A stretch of DNA of 24,884 nucleotides from Oligoflexales bacterium (GCA_041736175.1 JBGSUI010000113.1:1-24884), one strand, 5' to 3'. Positions 9,927-18,548 are shown, counted from the stretch's first letter. The notes: generated by a model not told the origin, from the letters alone. A program made the numbers and translations.

Positions 9927-11300
9927 TTAAAAAAGGCCCTCGGCAAATTCTGCAGCATCAAACACTCGCAAGTCAGCAGCTTTTTCGCCGACCCCGATAT
10001 AGCGAATCGGTATCTTAAACTGCGCCGAGATGCCAACGATTACCCCTCCCTTTGCCGTCCCGTCAAGCTTGGTCACCACAAGACCGCTGATCGGGGTCAC
10101 TTCCTGAAAGGCTTTCACTTGCTGGACAGCGTTTTGGCCCGTGGTGGCATCGACGACGAGCCAGGTCTCATGGGGTGCGCCCGGTAGGTCCCGCCCCAGG
10201 ATGCGGTTGATCTTGCCGAGTTCGGCCATAAGCCCCGTCTTAGCATGGAGTCTCCCGGCGGTATCAATCAACACCACGTCAGCACCACGGGAAAGCCCTG
10301 CTTTGACTCCATCATAGGCCACCGCTGCTGGGTCGCTGCCTGACTGGTGTTTGATCACTTCTACCCCAAGCCTTTCCCCCCAGACCGAAAGCTGCTCGAT
10401 GGCCGCCGCACGAAAAGTATCTGCTGCGACGAGGATCACCTTTTTATGTACGGCTAAAAAATGGGCCGCAAGCTTGCCAATGGTCGTGGTCTTTCCGACG
10501 CCATTGACCCCCACCACCAGAATCACCCAAGGCTGGCCAGGGGCCGCTTGGTTAAGGGGTTTTTGCTGGGTGGCCAAGAGGAGTTCCTGGGTTTTTTGTC
10601 TTAAGGCGAGAGCGACTGCATCCCAGGTCAGTCCTTCCCCACGGGCGGTGGTCTTTACGTGATCGACCAGTTGATCCACAGTCGATGCCCCAAAATCAGC
10701 CCGGTAAAGGGTTTCGTGGAGCTGTTCGAGAACCTCAGGGTTAAGGGCGGTCCCGCTAAAAATCCTTTTTAAATTTGTTTGAAAAGCCTCTCTCGTCCGG
10801 GTCAAACCACGCCGCAGGCGTTCTCTAAGAGACGTGGGACTTTCCCTCTTTAACTCGATAACCTCAAGATCCTCTTTCTGGAGCGGTTTAACCAGAGACA
10901 AAGGCTCTGTTTCCAACTCTTGGGGGACCTTGTAAGGCTTGACAGGACTCCCGTCGAGGGTATCGGAATCCAGGGGCGTCGCCGAGCGCCCTAGGGAAGG
11001 CATGGGGATCACTTTGGGATCCTCAGCTTCTTCGACGTCTTTGATAAAGTCCCGATTCTCTTTGCGTCGCTTAAAATAAACCAGCAAGGCACAGAGGACT
11101 CCAATCACGACTAGGAGCAAAAACGGTCCCCCAAGGAGTAACCATAATCCGCCGTCCGAGCCAGCATTCATCAAAAAATCTATGGGATCTCTTGCCTGTT
11201 CTGTCGTCGCCACCGTTCCTGAGGTGCTGTCTGATATTGTAGGGGATTCGGCTGATGGGCTTGCTGTTTCGTTCATGTGATCCTTCATGTGATCCTTCAT
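9927..11300 (-). CDS. ftsY: Signal recognition particle receptor FtsY with N-terminal transmembrane segment
   Basis: GVNGVGKTTT, DTFRAAA, DTAGR, DATTGQN, TKLDGTAKGG, GVGE motifs. Hydrophobic helix (LWLLLGGPFLLLVVIGVLCALLVYF) followed by KRRK. Confidence 0.96.
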   Translation of the reverse strand: MKDHMKDHMNETASPSAESPTISDSTSGTVATTEQARDPIDFLMNAGSDGGLWLLLGGPFLLLVVIGVLCALLVYFKRRKENRDFIKDVEEAEDPKVIPMPSLGRSATPLDSDTLDGSPVKPYKVPQELETEPLSLVKPLQKEDLEVIELKRESPTSLRERLRRGLTRTREAFQTNLKRIFSGTALNPEVLEQLHETLYRADFGASTVDQLVDHVKTTARGEGLTWDAVALALRQKTQELLLATQQKPLNQAAPGQPWVILVVGVNGVGKTTTIGKLAAHFLAVHKKVILVAADTFRAAAIEQLSVWGERLGVEVIKHQSGSDPAAVAYDGVKAGLSRGADVVLIDTAGRLHAKTGLMAELGKINRILGRDLPGAPHETWLVVDATTGQNAVQQVKAFQEVTPISGLVVTKLDGTAKGGVIVGISAQFKIPIRYIGVGEKAADLRVFDAAEFAEGLF

Positions 11301-11310
11301 GTGATCCTTC
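11272..11310 (-). repeat. 12-bp tandem repeat x3 (AAGGATCACATG on minus strand) spanning the ftsY SD and start
   Basis: Plus strand ttcatgtgatcc occurs three times exactly, followed by ttc. Confidence 0.95.
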
Positions 11311-11355
11311 CTGTAAACCTTCCTTTATCGCTCACGAATCTCTAAAAACTCTTGT

Positions 11356-11397
11356 ATAATGCTCTCATGTTGACGGCGGTCAAACAGAAGTTATCTT
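11356..11397. promoter_or_regulatory. Candidate divergent sigma70 promoters for ftsY and trpF sharing the palindrome TTGAC-GGCG-GTCAA
   Basis: Plus strand TTGACG(11370)-16-TATCTT(11392). Minus strand TTGACC(11383)-16-CATTAT(11361). Confidence 0.4.
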
Positions 11398-11455
11398 TAA
11401 GTTTAAACATTTACCATATTTGATCACTTAAGACCCACCAAGGAATCATGTCCTC

Positions 11456-12238
11456 ATGCCACCAAAAAATAAAGGCCACTCCTACACACGCCTTAAATAC
11501 TGCGGTATCACCCGGTCCCAGGATGTCGCCATGGCTGTCAGGCTAGGGGTCGACTTCCTTGGATTTAACTTTTGGCAGGGGTCTAAACGCTTTATCGCCC
11601 CTGCTGAGGCGCGCCTTCATTGGCAAACAGGCCTTGTCGCTCGACCCGCTGGTGAGGGAGCTCCCCAGGTTCCAAAAACCTTTGGGATCCTAGTCAATCC
11701 GAGCCATTCGGAGATCGAAACAGTTCTCCAATCTTTCCCCGATCTCGATGGCTTGCAGTTTCATGGAACCGAGACCGTGGCCTTTATCACTGAGGTGTCC
11801 CAACACTTGAAACCTCGCTTTCCATCCCTCGCTCTTTGGAAGGCGGTTCCCATCGCAGTCGCCCTGGACCTGGATCATGCCAAAGCATCTGCTCAGCTTG
11901 TCAATCTTCTCACACCTTGGCGGGACGTGGTCGACTTGCTTCTACTCGATGCTGCGCCGCAAACCGTGGCCGCCCTCCAGCCACAGGCTTGGGGAGGACT
12001 TGGACTGTCTTTTGATTGGTACCTTTTAAAAGATCCTCGCGTGGGTCAAATCCTCTCGTCCATGCCCTGGGGTCTTGCCGGGGGAATTAAGGCTTCTAAT
12101 CTGACTGCTGCGCTCACGCTTAACCCCGATCTGATCGATGTATGCTCTGGAATCGAATCAAGCCCTGGGGTCAAAGATCCGGTGAAATCAGAGGCCCTAT
12201 GGCGCCAAGTTTACCGACAAAGAGAGTCCATTTTATGA
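11456..12238 (+). CDS. trpF: Phosphoribosylanthranilate isomerase
   Basis: LKYCGIT, DFLGFNF, QFHGTE, LLLDA, GGLGLSFDW, LAGGI, IDVCSGIESSPGVKD motifs. Confidence 0.92.
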   Translation: MPPKNKGHSYTRLKYCGITRSQDVAMAVRLGVDFLGFNFWQGSKRFIAPAEARLHWQTGLVARPAGEGAPQVPKTFGILVNPSHSEIETVLQSFPDLDGLQFHGTETVAFITEVSQHLKPRFPSLALWKAVPIAVALDLDHAKASAQLVNLLTPWRDVVDLLLLDAAPQTVAALQPQAWGGLGLSFDWYLLKDPRVGQILSSMPWGLAGGIKASNLTAALTLNPDLIDVCSGIESSPGVKDPVKSEALWRQVYRQRESIL

Positions 12239-12912
12239 CCACACTGCTCACCCTAGTCACCTTGGTAACCCTATTCCTTGCCGATGTCGCTGGGGCAGCT
12301 CCCTTAAAGCAGACCCTTCACGCATACGATCGCTATGTCTTGAAATTTCGCCGAGAGCATAACTTTGCCATCATGTCCGGTGTCACCCGAGGCACTTGGT
12401 ACGTCCAGCGGTTCAACACGATCACCGATCGAACTTTTCCCGCCCACGGTGTTTTAAGCCGCTTTCAATATACTTTTCATCTCCCTTTGGTGGGTGGGTT
12501 TGGTTACATGCTGGGTTCAGGGGTTGGCTACCACTATGAGTCCCCCAATACGCGGGGTGAATTTCGCCCCGTCTCGGCCTGGCAATTTCCAGGGATCGTC
12601 CTCGGTCTGGTCAATAACTTTAACTCAGTTCTTAGACTGTCAACGACAGCAGAAGCCTATCTCGAACGCCATGAGGGACTTAAAACCAGACAAAAAGCGA
12701 TCTTCGTGACCTCTAATGTCTTTGATTTTGGAGCCGCTCTGGATATCTTTTATGATCTGTCCTTTGCCCTTAGACTTGAGTTTCACCAGAGGGAACTCCT
12801 CTATGACAAACCCAACCTCCCCAGTGACTCCATCGAAACCTTTGATGTGGATGCTAGGTTAGGCAAAAAAGACCAAGTCTGGGGCCTTGGAATGGTTTAT
12901 CACCTTATTTAG
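12235..12912 (+). CDS. Putative outer-membrane beta-barrel protein
   Basis: ATG overlaps the trpF stop (ATGA). Signal peptide ends AGA. Alternating amphipathic strands, C-terminal WGLGMVYHLI. Confidence 0.65.
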   Translation: MTTLLTLVTLVTLFLADVAGAAPLKQTLHAYDRYVLKFRREHNFAIMSGVTRGTWYVQRFNTITDRTFPAHGVLSRFQYTFHLPLVGGFGYMLGSGVGYHYESPNTRGEFRPVSAWQFPGIVLGLVNNFNSVLRLSTTAEAYLERHEGLKTRQKAIFVTSNVFDFGAALDIFYDLSFALRLEFHQRELLYDKPNLPSDSIETFDVDARLGKKDQVWGLGMVYHLI

Positions 12913-12951
12913 GAGCCTTACCCAAAGCCGATATCCTGGCCAAACCCATCC

Positions 12952-12979
12952 TAAAGTCCTGATGGATCTTTGCCGATAG
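12952..12979 (+). promoter_or_regulatory. sigma28 (FliA)-type promoter
   Basis: TAAAGT...GCCGATAG with a 16-nt spacer after TAAA, 23 nt upstream of ATG 13003. Confidence 0.65.
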
Positions 12980-13002
12980 TCTACGATAAGGAGGATCCCA
13001 TC

Positions 13003-13191
13003 ATGGCTCAAGACGAAAAGAAACCTGGTCCTAAAAAAACCGAAAATCGGGGTAATAAAGACGAGATCGAATCCCTAGCTTATATTGTGACCACCGTGCC
13101 AGCCGTGCGGACCCAAGTGATGTCAAAGCTCAAAGAAGCAAAAGAGAGGGTGTTTAAAAATCGTGAACAGCAGCTTCGGAAAGCCCAATAG
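13003..13191 (+). CDS. 62-aa basic hypothetical protein (possibly FlgM-like)
   Basis: AAGGAGG SD before ATG 13003; charged N-terminus, helical C-terminus. Confidence 0.7.
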   Translation: MAQDEKKPGPKKTENRGNKDEIESLAYIVTTVPAVRTQVMSKLKEAKERVFKNREQQLRKAQ

Positions 13192-13948
13192 ATTTTTACG
13201 CCTCCCGGAGGGAGACAAACTGACCTGGTTGGTCCTCCGTCGGACGACAGTGGCGCTGGTGATCTTACCTTGTTTGAGCTGCATAACCTTCAGGAAACAT
13301 GGGGACCGGGAGGACCAGGAGATCGCGGGGATCGGGGGGGGTAAAGAGCAAGTGATCGAAAAAAGCAGGTGGGACACCCCCCTTTGGACCGAGGTTTTGC
13401 CAAGATCGGCCTTAAATTCTCCCCATCAAAAGGTAACTGAAAAAGAGAGTGGACTCGTCCATAAAGGGGGACTGGCGTTTGTCAATCGATTTGAGGACCA
13501 GGACCTCCTGAAAATCGACCAAAACCTCATAAAATCCTGTCAAAAAGATCCATGCCGTAACACCCGTCTCGACCATTGGATTGCCACCTCAAAGGCTAAG
13601 AGTCTTGAGGGGATCAACAGTGCTCTGCTGGTTTTCCTAAGTGAACAGTCCCTTAGCCCACGGGATATCAAGCGCCTTGCTCCTATCCTGGAGGAGACCA
13701 GCCAACAATGGGCTGCTGAAAAGGTAGAGATCGCTGATCTTTATTACGAAAAGAAAAAAGTCTATGACCCTGACCGGAGACCTTCGACGACTTACACTCT
13801 TTGGATCCTTACGATTGTTCCCCCCAACGCATCCGAAGAAATCCTCCGACAGCTAGCGCTCCAGTTAGGGACCACCAATGATCCTGCCACTCTGGCCGTG
13901 ACCAGAGCACTGCGTCACAAAAGCCCTTCCATAGACCTCGCCCATTGA
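13163..13948 (+). CDS. Hypothetical lipoprotein
   Basis: RRTTVALVILPCLS-C lipobox-like segment. The true start is probably downstream of 13163 (e.g. TTG near 13229). Confidence 0.6.
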   Translation: MNSSFGKPNRFLRLPEGDKLTWLVLRRTTVALVILPCLSCITFRKHGDREDQEIAGIGGGKEQVIEKSRWDTPLWTEVLPRSALNSPHQKVTEKESGLVHKGGLAFVNRFEDQDLLKIDQNLIKSCQKDPCRNTRLDHWIATSKAKSLEGINSALLVFLSEQSLSPRDIKRLAPILEETSQQWAAEKVEIADLYYEKKKVYDPDRRPSTTYTLWILTIVPPNASEEILRQLALQLGTTNDPATLAVTRALRHKSPSIDLAH

Positions 13949-14120
13949 GCAGCGTCAAATGTGGCGGAGATACAGTTCAAGCTTGTTTTATGAACTCAAA
14001 GTCTATACATAAGAGAGCTTGAGTTTTGAGAGAATGCCTCAAAAACCAGCAATCGGGAACAATGTATAGCGAATCATCGCCCTGGATTTTCTTCAAGATT
14101 CGTGTTGGGGGAGGCTGTCT

Positions 14121-16088
14121 TTGAAGGGGGATCCACCAGGGGAAATGAGACCAAATTCGGCAGGACATATCCATCTTCCCCACTGGTGGGTCAAGGCCTT
14201 TGATTGGGGGAGTCATGCAACTTTGGGCCTCAATCAGGGAGACCATAAAGACGCTTGGTCACAGGCAAACGGCTCTGGGGTCTTACCTGCGCTCCAAATG
14301 CACGAATACAGTGCTCTCGCTTCGATCCTTTCAACTCTCCAGCAGGCTTTGATTGACGGACAAACCAGCGGCATCAAACTGCGGGTTGATGATCATTTTA
14401 AAAAAGCCGGGTCGATGGCGAGGAGCCGCCTGTTTGCCTACGAGAGAGTGCTGCAGTGGCTTGGCTCTTTGGCGATTGACCTCTCCCAGACCCTTTCGCT
14501 AAATCCAGCCCAAACCACAGGGGAAGGGCTAAACGACAATAAGTGGATACCCCTTGTTGAGCGAGCTAGGTGGATCGAGGATCCCCAGGAACAATCCTAC
14601 TCCAAGCCCGACCCCACAAGGGGTTTTTGGGGATTTCTACTGGCTCAGCTTAATACTGCAGAACCTCAAATCACACCTTCTCCGACCCCACTGTGGTCCT
14701 CCTCGATCAAGAGTCGATCTTTAAGCCTTGTGGTCGATCTAGGTCCTTTAGGCCCCGAACTATGCTTTGGTCTCGCCGATGCCCATGTCAGCCTGGTGAG
14801 ACGTGCCTATGCAAAACATCTTCCTGATTTGAGTGGGACTCCCTTTAAAAGCCCCCCCCTGACCCTATGGCGGAGTCTTTGGCTGGATTTAACCCCCTAC
14901 GAAACCACTCTCTACCTTAAGTTGGAAAAGGCGATGCAATGGGAATTCCGATGGGTGGATCTCGATGGTGTCTTTGGGGTTAGTCTTAAGGATTTTCTCG
15001 AAGAAAAAGTCCTAAAACACCCCCAAGCTTACCAATTGATCCAAAGGTTTGGACGCAAATTGGAACAGCATGGATACCTAACCCAGCTTGGACAGATGCA
15101 ACATCGGTTGATGAACTTAGATCATGGGACCGAGGACTCCAGCCCCATGCTTTTATGGCAAGCAAGTGCCCAACGGATCCTCGAAGACAGGGCGAGTGAG
15201 TTTAAGCACGTCGCTAGACAGGTCCTCTTGCGACCCCTGATTCAGGGAGAAACCATGGGACAATGGCTAAACCTATTTGCATTCGACTCCCAAATCACCG
15301 ACTCCCTTGCCTATGGACGCGAGATATGGAAGACCCTGACGACCGTCGTGCCAAAGGTCTCCAGCCTAGGGAATCCTTACCAACCTCTAGAGTTCCACGA
15401 CACCTTACTCTGGTCGCCCCAAAGCCTTTTCTTTGAGTGGACCATGCGTTGCCGCCCTACCAGTCGGTGGGCACCACTCCCCGAAGTCCTTAAATCAAGT
15501 CCTTTGGGAGCCCTGGTCGATGATCCACAAAATCGCTACGGACCGGTGGAACGGAGATTCGAAGAGTTTTGTTTATTGCTGCAAGATATGCCAGAGATAT
15601 GCCAAATTCTTAGGGAAATTCCCTTTGCATCCTTAGCTGCCCCCATCACAGTAAACCTTATTGACTGGACCCAATTCCATGCATCCATAGCTCCTTGTGA
15701 GCCCAAACCGGCCAGCGATATGGGATTAACTCAGAAGACTCCGCAAAAGGAAACACAGCCCTCGTCACCGCAAACCCAGCGGGAAAAAGCAGAACCCACC
15801 CCTAAAGAGGACTCCACCGCACCCTCAGGAGCCACGCTGATGCGCACGGCCGCCCTCGAACTCGGGCAGCTCGAACGCGCAAACCAAACCCAATACCAAG
15901 AATTGCGTCGCTCCTACTTATCTTCTCTGGATGAAATCGGCCAGAAACTCATCCGCGATGTCCAGCAGCGTATGCAGCCCCACGTGTTCGAAGAGCACTT
16001 ACGCAAAAGAATCATCCGTTTTATGGTGGAAAACCCCGGTGTTTGGTCAATTTCACAAGGCCCAAAAGCCGTGGCACATTCCCTTTAG
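14121..16088 (+). CDS. Hypothetical protein with replication-initiator (RepA/RPA)-like winged-helix motifs
   Basis: 655-aa ORF, TTG start with GGGGAGG SD (alternative ATG 14145). PLTLWRSLWLDLTPYETTLYLKLEK and RKLEQHGYL resemble Rep winged-helix motifs. The ORF is well supported; the function is tentative. Confidence 0.6.
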   Translation: MKGDPPGEMRPNSAGHIHLPHWWVKAFDWGSHATLGLNQGDHKDAWSQANGSGVLPALQMHEYSALASILSTLQQALIDGQTSGIKLRVDDHFKKAGSMARSRLFAYERVLQWLGSLAIDLSQTLSLNPAQTTGEGLNDNKWIPLVERARWIEDPQEQSYSKPDPTRGFWGFLLAQLNTAEPQITPSPTPLWSSSIKSRSLSLVVDLGPLGPELCFGLADAHVSLVRRAYAKHLPDLSGTPFKSPPLTLWRSLWLDLTPYETTLYLKLEKAMQWEFRWVDLDGVFGVSLKDFLEEKVLKHPQAYQLIQRFGRKLEQHGYLTQLGQMQHRLMNLDHGTEDSSPMLLWQASAQRILEDRASEFKHVARQVLLRPLIQGETMGQWLNLFAFDSQITDSLAYGREIWKTLTTVVPKVSSLGNPYQPLEFHDTLLWSPQSLFFEWTMRCRPTSRWAPLPEVLKSSPLGALVDDPQNRYGPVERRFEEFCLLLQDMPEICQILREIPFASLAAPITVNLIDWTQFHASIAPCEPKPASDMGLTQKTPQKETQPSSPQTQREKAEPTPKEDSTAPSGATLMRTAALELGQLERANQTQYQELRRSYLSSLDEIGQKLIRDVQQRMQPHVFEEHLRKRIIRFMVENPGVWSISQGPKAVAHSL

Positions 16089-16114
16089 GACGAGCCTCTT
16101 GCAGATCGATTTAG

Positions 16115-16154
16115 GTGTCTCGCTAAAAAAAATGGTTTTTTTTTAGCGAGACAC
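16115..16154. repeat. Perfect 18-bp inverted repeat with 4-nt loop
   Basis: GTGTCTCGCTAAAAAAAA-TGGT-TTTTTTTTAGCGAGACAC. Confidence 0.95.
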
Positions 16155-16183
16155 TTGATTTTTCGCGGGTAAATGCCTAATGT
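16155..16183 (+). promoter_or_regulatory. Putative sigma70 promoter of the HU gene
   Basis: TTGATT-17 nt-TAATGT, 54 nt upstream of the ATG. Confidence 0.5.
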
Positions 16184-16237
16184 CAAATTCATAGAGTTAT
16201 TTTTTATTACGATCTATTACGGAGGGCCATCACAGCC

Positions 16238-16657
16238 ATGGTAAAAAAAGTAAAGAAACCTGCTAAAGCAAAAGTCAAGTCCGCATCCGCTCCAGTCGCT
16301 AAAGGCACTAAAGCAGCAAAGGTCATCGTACCCCTGTCTAAGATCCAACCAGCGAGCGCCCCTAGGACAAAGAGCGAAATTTTCAGCCTTCTTGCTGATA
16401 CCACTGGCTTGACCAAAAAAGAAGTCAGCTCGGTTTTCGCTTCCCTGAGTGACCTTGTGAGCAAAGATGTGGGCAAAAAAGGCTGCGGTCTTTTCACCGT
16501 TCCAGGCCTTTTGAAAGTTCGCCGCGTCAACAAGCCAGCGACCAAAGCTCGCAAAGGAATCAATCCATTCACTGGCGAAGAGACAACCTTCAAAGCTAAA
16601 CCAGCTCGCAATGTGGTCAAAATCCGCCCATTAAAAGCACTAAAAGACATGGTTTAA
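16238..16657 (+). CDS. HU-family DNA-binding protein with Lys/Ala-rich N-terminal extension
   Basis: TKSEIFSLLADTTGLTKKEV, FTVPGLLKV, ARKGINPFTGEE, KAKPARNVVKIRPLKALKDMV. GGAGG SD. Confidence 0.93.
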   Translation: MVKKVKKPAKAKVKSASAPVAKGTKAAKVIVPLSKIQPASAPRTKSEIFSLLADTTGLTKKEVSSVFASLSDLVSKDVGKKGCGLFTVPGLLKVRRVNKPATKARKGINPFTGEETTFKAKPARNVVKIRPLKALKDMV

Positions 16658-16665
16658 TCTGACGA

Positions 16666-16689
16666 TGGCTTTTTTCTTGGAAAAAGCCA
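16666..16689. terminator. Secondary hairpin after the HU gene
   Basis: TGGCTTTTT-tcttgg-AAAAAGCCA. Confidence 0.45.
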
Positions 16690-16699
16690 CAGGACTTTG

Positions 16700-16732
16700 A
16701 AAAAAAGCCGGGACCTAGGTTCCGGCTTTTTT
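16700..16732. terminator. Bidirectional Rho-independent terminator between HU and the ABC operon
   Basis: AAAAAAA-GCCGG-gacctaggtt-CCGGC-TTTTTT between convergent genes. Confidence 0.88.
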
Positions 16733-16764
16733 CGTTCTGATGTGTTCTGATGACATAGACAAGA

Positions 16765-17592
16765 TCATTTAGGATCAAGTATATCCCGCAGGGCATCTCC
16801 CATAAAATTCAAACTCACCACCAAGAGTGCCATAGCCACTCCGGGAACAATGCTTAAAAAGGGCGCCTCTGTAAGGACCGTCCGACCCTGGCCTAAAAGC
16901 GCTCCCCAGGATGGAGCGCCATCTTGGGCACCTAGACCGAGAAAACTAAGGCTTGCCTCGATTATAATCACACCCGATAGGGAAAAAGTTCCATGGACGA
17001 TCAGCGGCGTCAGGGTTGCAGGAAAGATATGCCGCAAAAGAATCCTTGTAGACCCTGCCCCTAAAGACCGCGCAGCGGTCACATACTCCCTCTCCCGGAT
17101 CGAAAGAGTTTGGCCCCTGATCAATCGGGCCGAACTAGTCCACCCCGTCGCGGCAATCGCCATGATAACATTATTGAGGCTAGGCCCCATCAACGCCGCC
17201 AAAGCCATGGCAAGAAGGATCCCAGGAAAAGCCATCAAAATATCCACAAGCCGCATAAGGATCATGTCGTAGAGTCCACCCTGATATCCAGCGATAAGCC
17301 CTACAAGCACTCCCACAATCAATGAGATAGAAACGGTGACCGCCGCCACATACAGTGAGGTTTGTGCGCCATAGATCATCAGAGTCACGACACTGCTTCC
17401 ATTTAAGTCATAACCTAACCAAGACTGAATCCCCCCGGACCACTGGGGAGATACCAGTTTGCGAGCGATATCCATATCGTTTGGAAGCGTCGGTGCAAGC
17501 CAAGGAGCTCCTAATGCCGTCACCACAATCACGGTTAAGATCGCACTACTGAAGACGATCCTAGGGTTTTGAGCTAATTTTTTTAAATCCAT
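16765..17592 (-). CDS. dppC: Peptide/nickel ABC transporter permease (DppC/OppC-like)
   Basis: WLGYDLNG, GAQTSL, MRLVDILMAFP, EYVTAARSLGA, EASLSFLGLG, GDALRDILDPK. Start at ATG 17592 or TTG 17622. Confidence 0.9.
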   Translation of the reverse strand: MDLKKLAQNPRIVFSSAILTVIVVTALGAPWLAPTLPNDMDIARKLVSPQWSGGIQSWLGYDLNGSSVVTLMIYGAQTSLYVAAVTVSISLIVGVLVGLIAGYQGGLYDMILMRLVDILMAFPGILLAMALAALMGPSLNNVIMAIAATGWTSSARLIRGQTLSIREREYVTAARSLGAGSTRILLRHIFPATLTPLIVHGTFSLSGVIIIEASLSFLGLGAQDGAPSWGALLGQGRTVLTEAPFLSIVPGVAMALLVVSLNFMGDALRDILDPK

Positions 17593-17618
17593 GCTAGGGT
17601 TTTCCCGATAAAAGAATG

Positions 17619-18536
17619 TCAAGCAGAGTTGCGAATGCGGGGGTCAACCCAACTATAAATCAAGTCCGTAATGAGGTTTACGAGGAGATAGGTTGCCGAA
17701 AAGGTCAAGACACAACCCTGCACCACAGGATAATCTCGGTTGTTGATGCCTTCTAAGATAAGAGAGCCTAAACCTGGCCAATCAAAAACCCTCTCAGTAA
17801 TAATCGCACCCGTTAAAAGAACCCCAAATTGCAGACCTATAATCGTCACAAGGGGCAAAGCAGCGTTTCGCAAGACATGCTTGAGGATCACCGTCCACTC
17901 TCCAGCACCTTTAGACCGGGCGGTACGGGCAAAATCCTCTTTCATCATATCGAGCATGGAGTTACGGGTCATACGACTCAGCATCGCCGCCAGGGCGAGA
18001 CCTAATGAAACAGACGGCAAAACATAGGTCGACCAGTCCCCCCGCTCTGATACCGGCAAAACCCCTAGGTAGAGGGAAAACAACAAAATCAAGAGTGGAC
18101 CTAGCCAAAAATTAGGTATCGCCACACCTATCAGCGCAAACCCCATCGCCCCATAGTCCACCCACCGCCCTCTAAAGACTGCACTCAGGATCCCGAGGGG
18201 TAAACTAAAACCAATAGCGATCACCATGGCACAGAGAGCAAGCTCCAAGGTCGGGACCACCCTTTCGCGGATCATCAGCGCCACGGGTTTTTGGTAGATC
18301 ATCGAGGTGCCGAGGTTGCCCTCTAAGAGGTTGCCAAAATAAGCTGCCATTTGCACCACGACGGGTCGATCAAGCCCCATCGCAGTTAGGTATTCCTGTT
18401 TTTCCACGTCGGAGGCGTAGGGGCCCAAGACCACGTCTGCCGGATTTCCCGGCACCAAATGGATTAACAGCGACACAATCGCCACCACCCCCGCCGCGAC
18501 GGGTATCAAGGCCAAAATCCTTTTGACGACCACCAT
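17619..18536 (-). CDS. dppB: Peptide/nickel ABC transporter permease (DppB/OppB-like)
   Basis: PGNPA, GLDRP, PNFWLG, TARSKG, HVLRNA, WPGLG, RDYPVVQG, DPRIR. GAGG SD. Confidence 0.92.
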   Translation of the reverse strand: MVVVKRILALIPVAAGVVAIVSLLIHLVPGNPADVVLGPYASDVEKQEYLTAMGLDRPVVVQMAAYFGNLLEGNLGTSMIYQKPVALMIRERVVPTLELALCAMVIAIGFSLPLGILSAVFRGRWVDYGAMGFALIGVAIPNFWLGPLLILLFSLYLGVLPVSERGDWSTYVLPSVSLGLALAAMLSRMTRNSMLDMMKEDFARTARSKGAGEWTVILKHVLRNAALPLVTIIGLQFGVLLTGAIITERVFDWPGLGSLILEGINNRDYPVVQGCVLTFSATYLLVNLITDLIYSWVDPRIRNSA

Positions 18537-18548
18537 AGGCGCCTCAAC

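Noticed and set aside
16207..16650. 147-aa ORF antisense to HU
   Set aside because: Mirror ORF of a highly biased gene; the plus strand has clear HU motifs and an SD.
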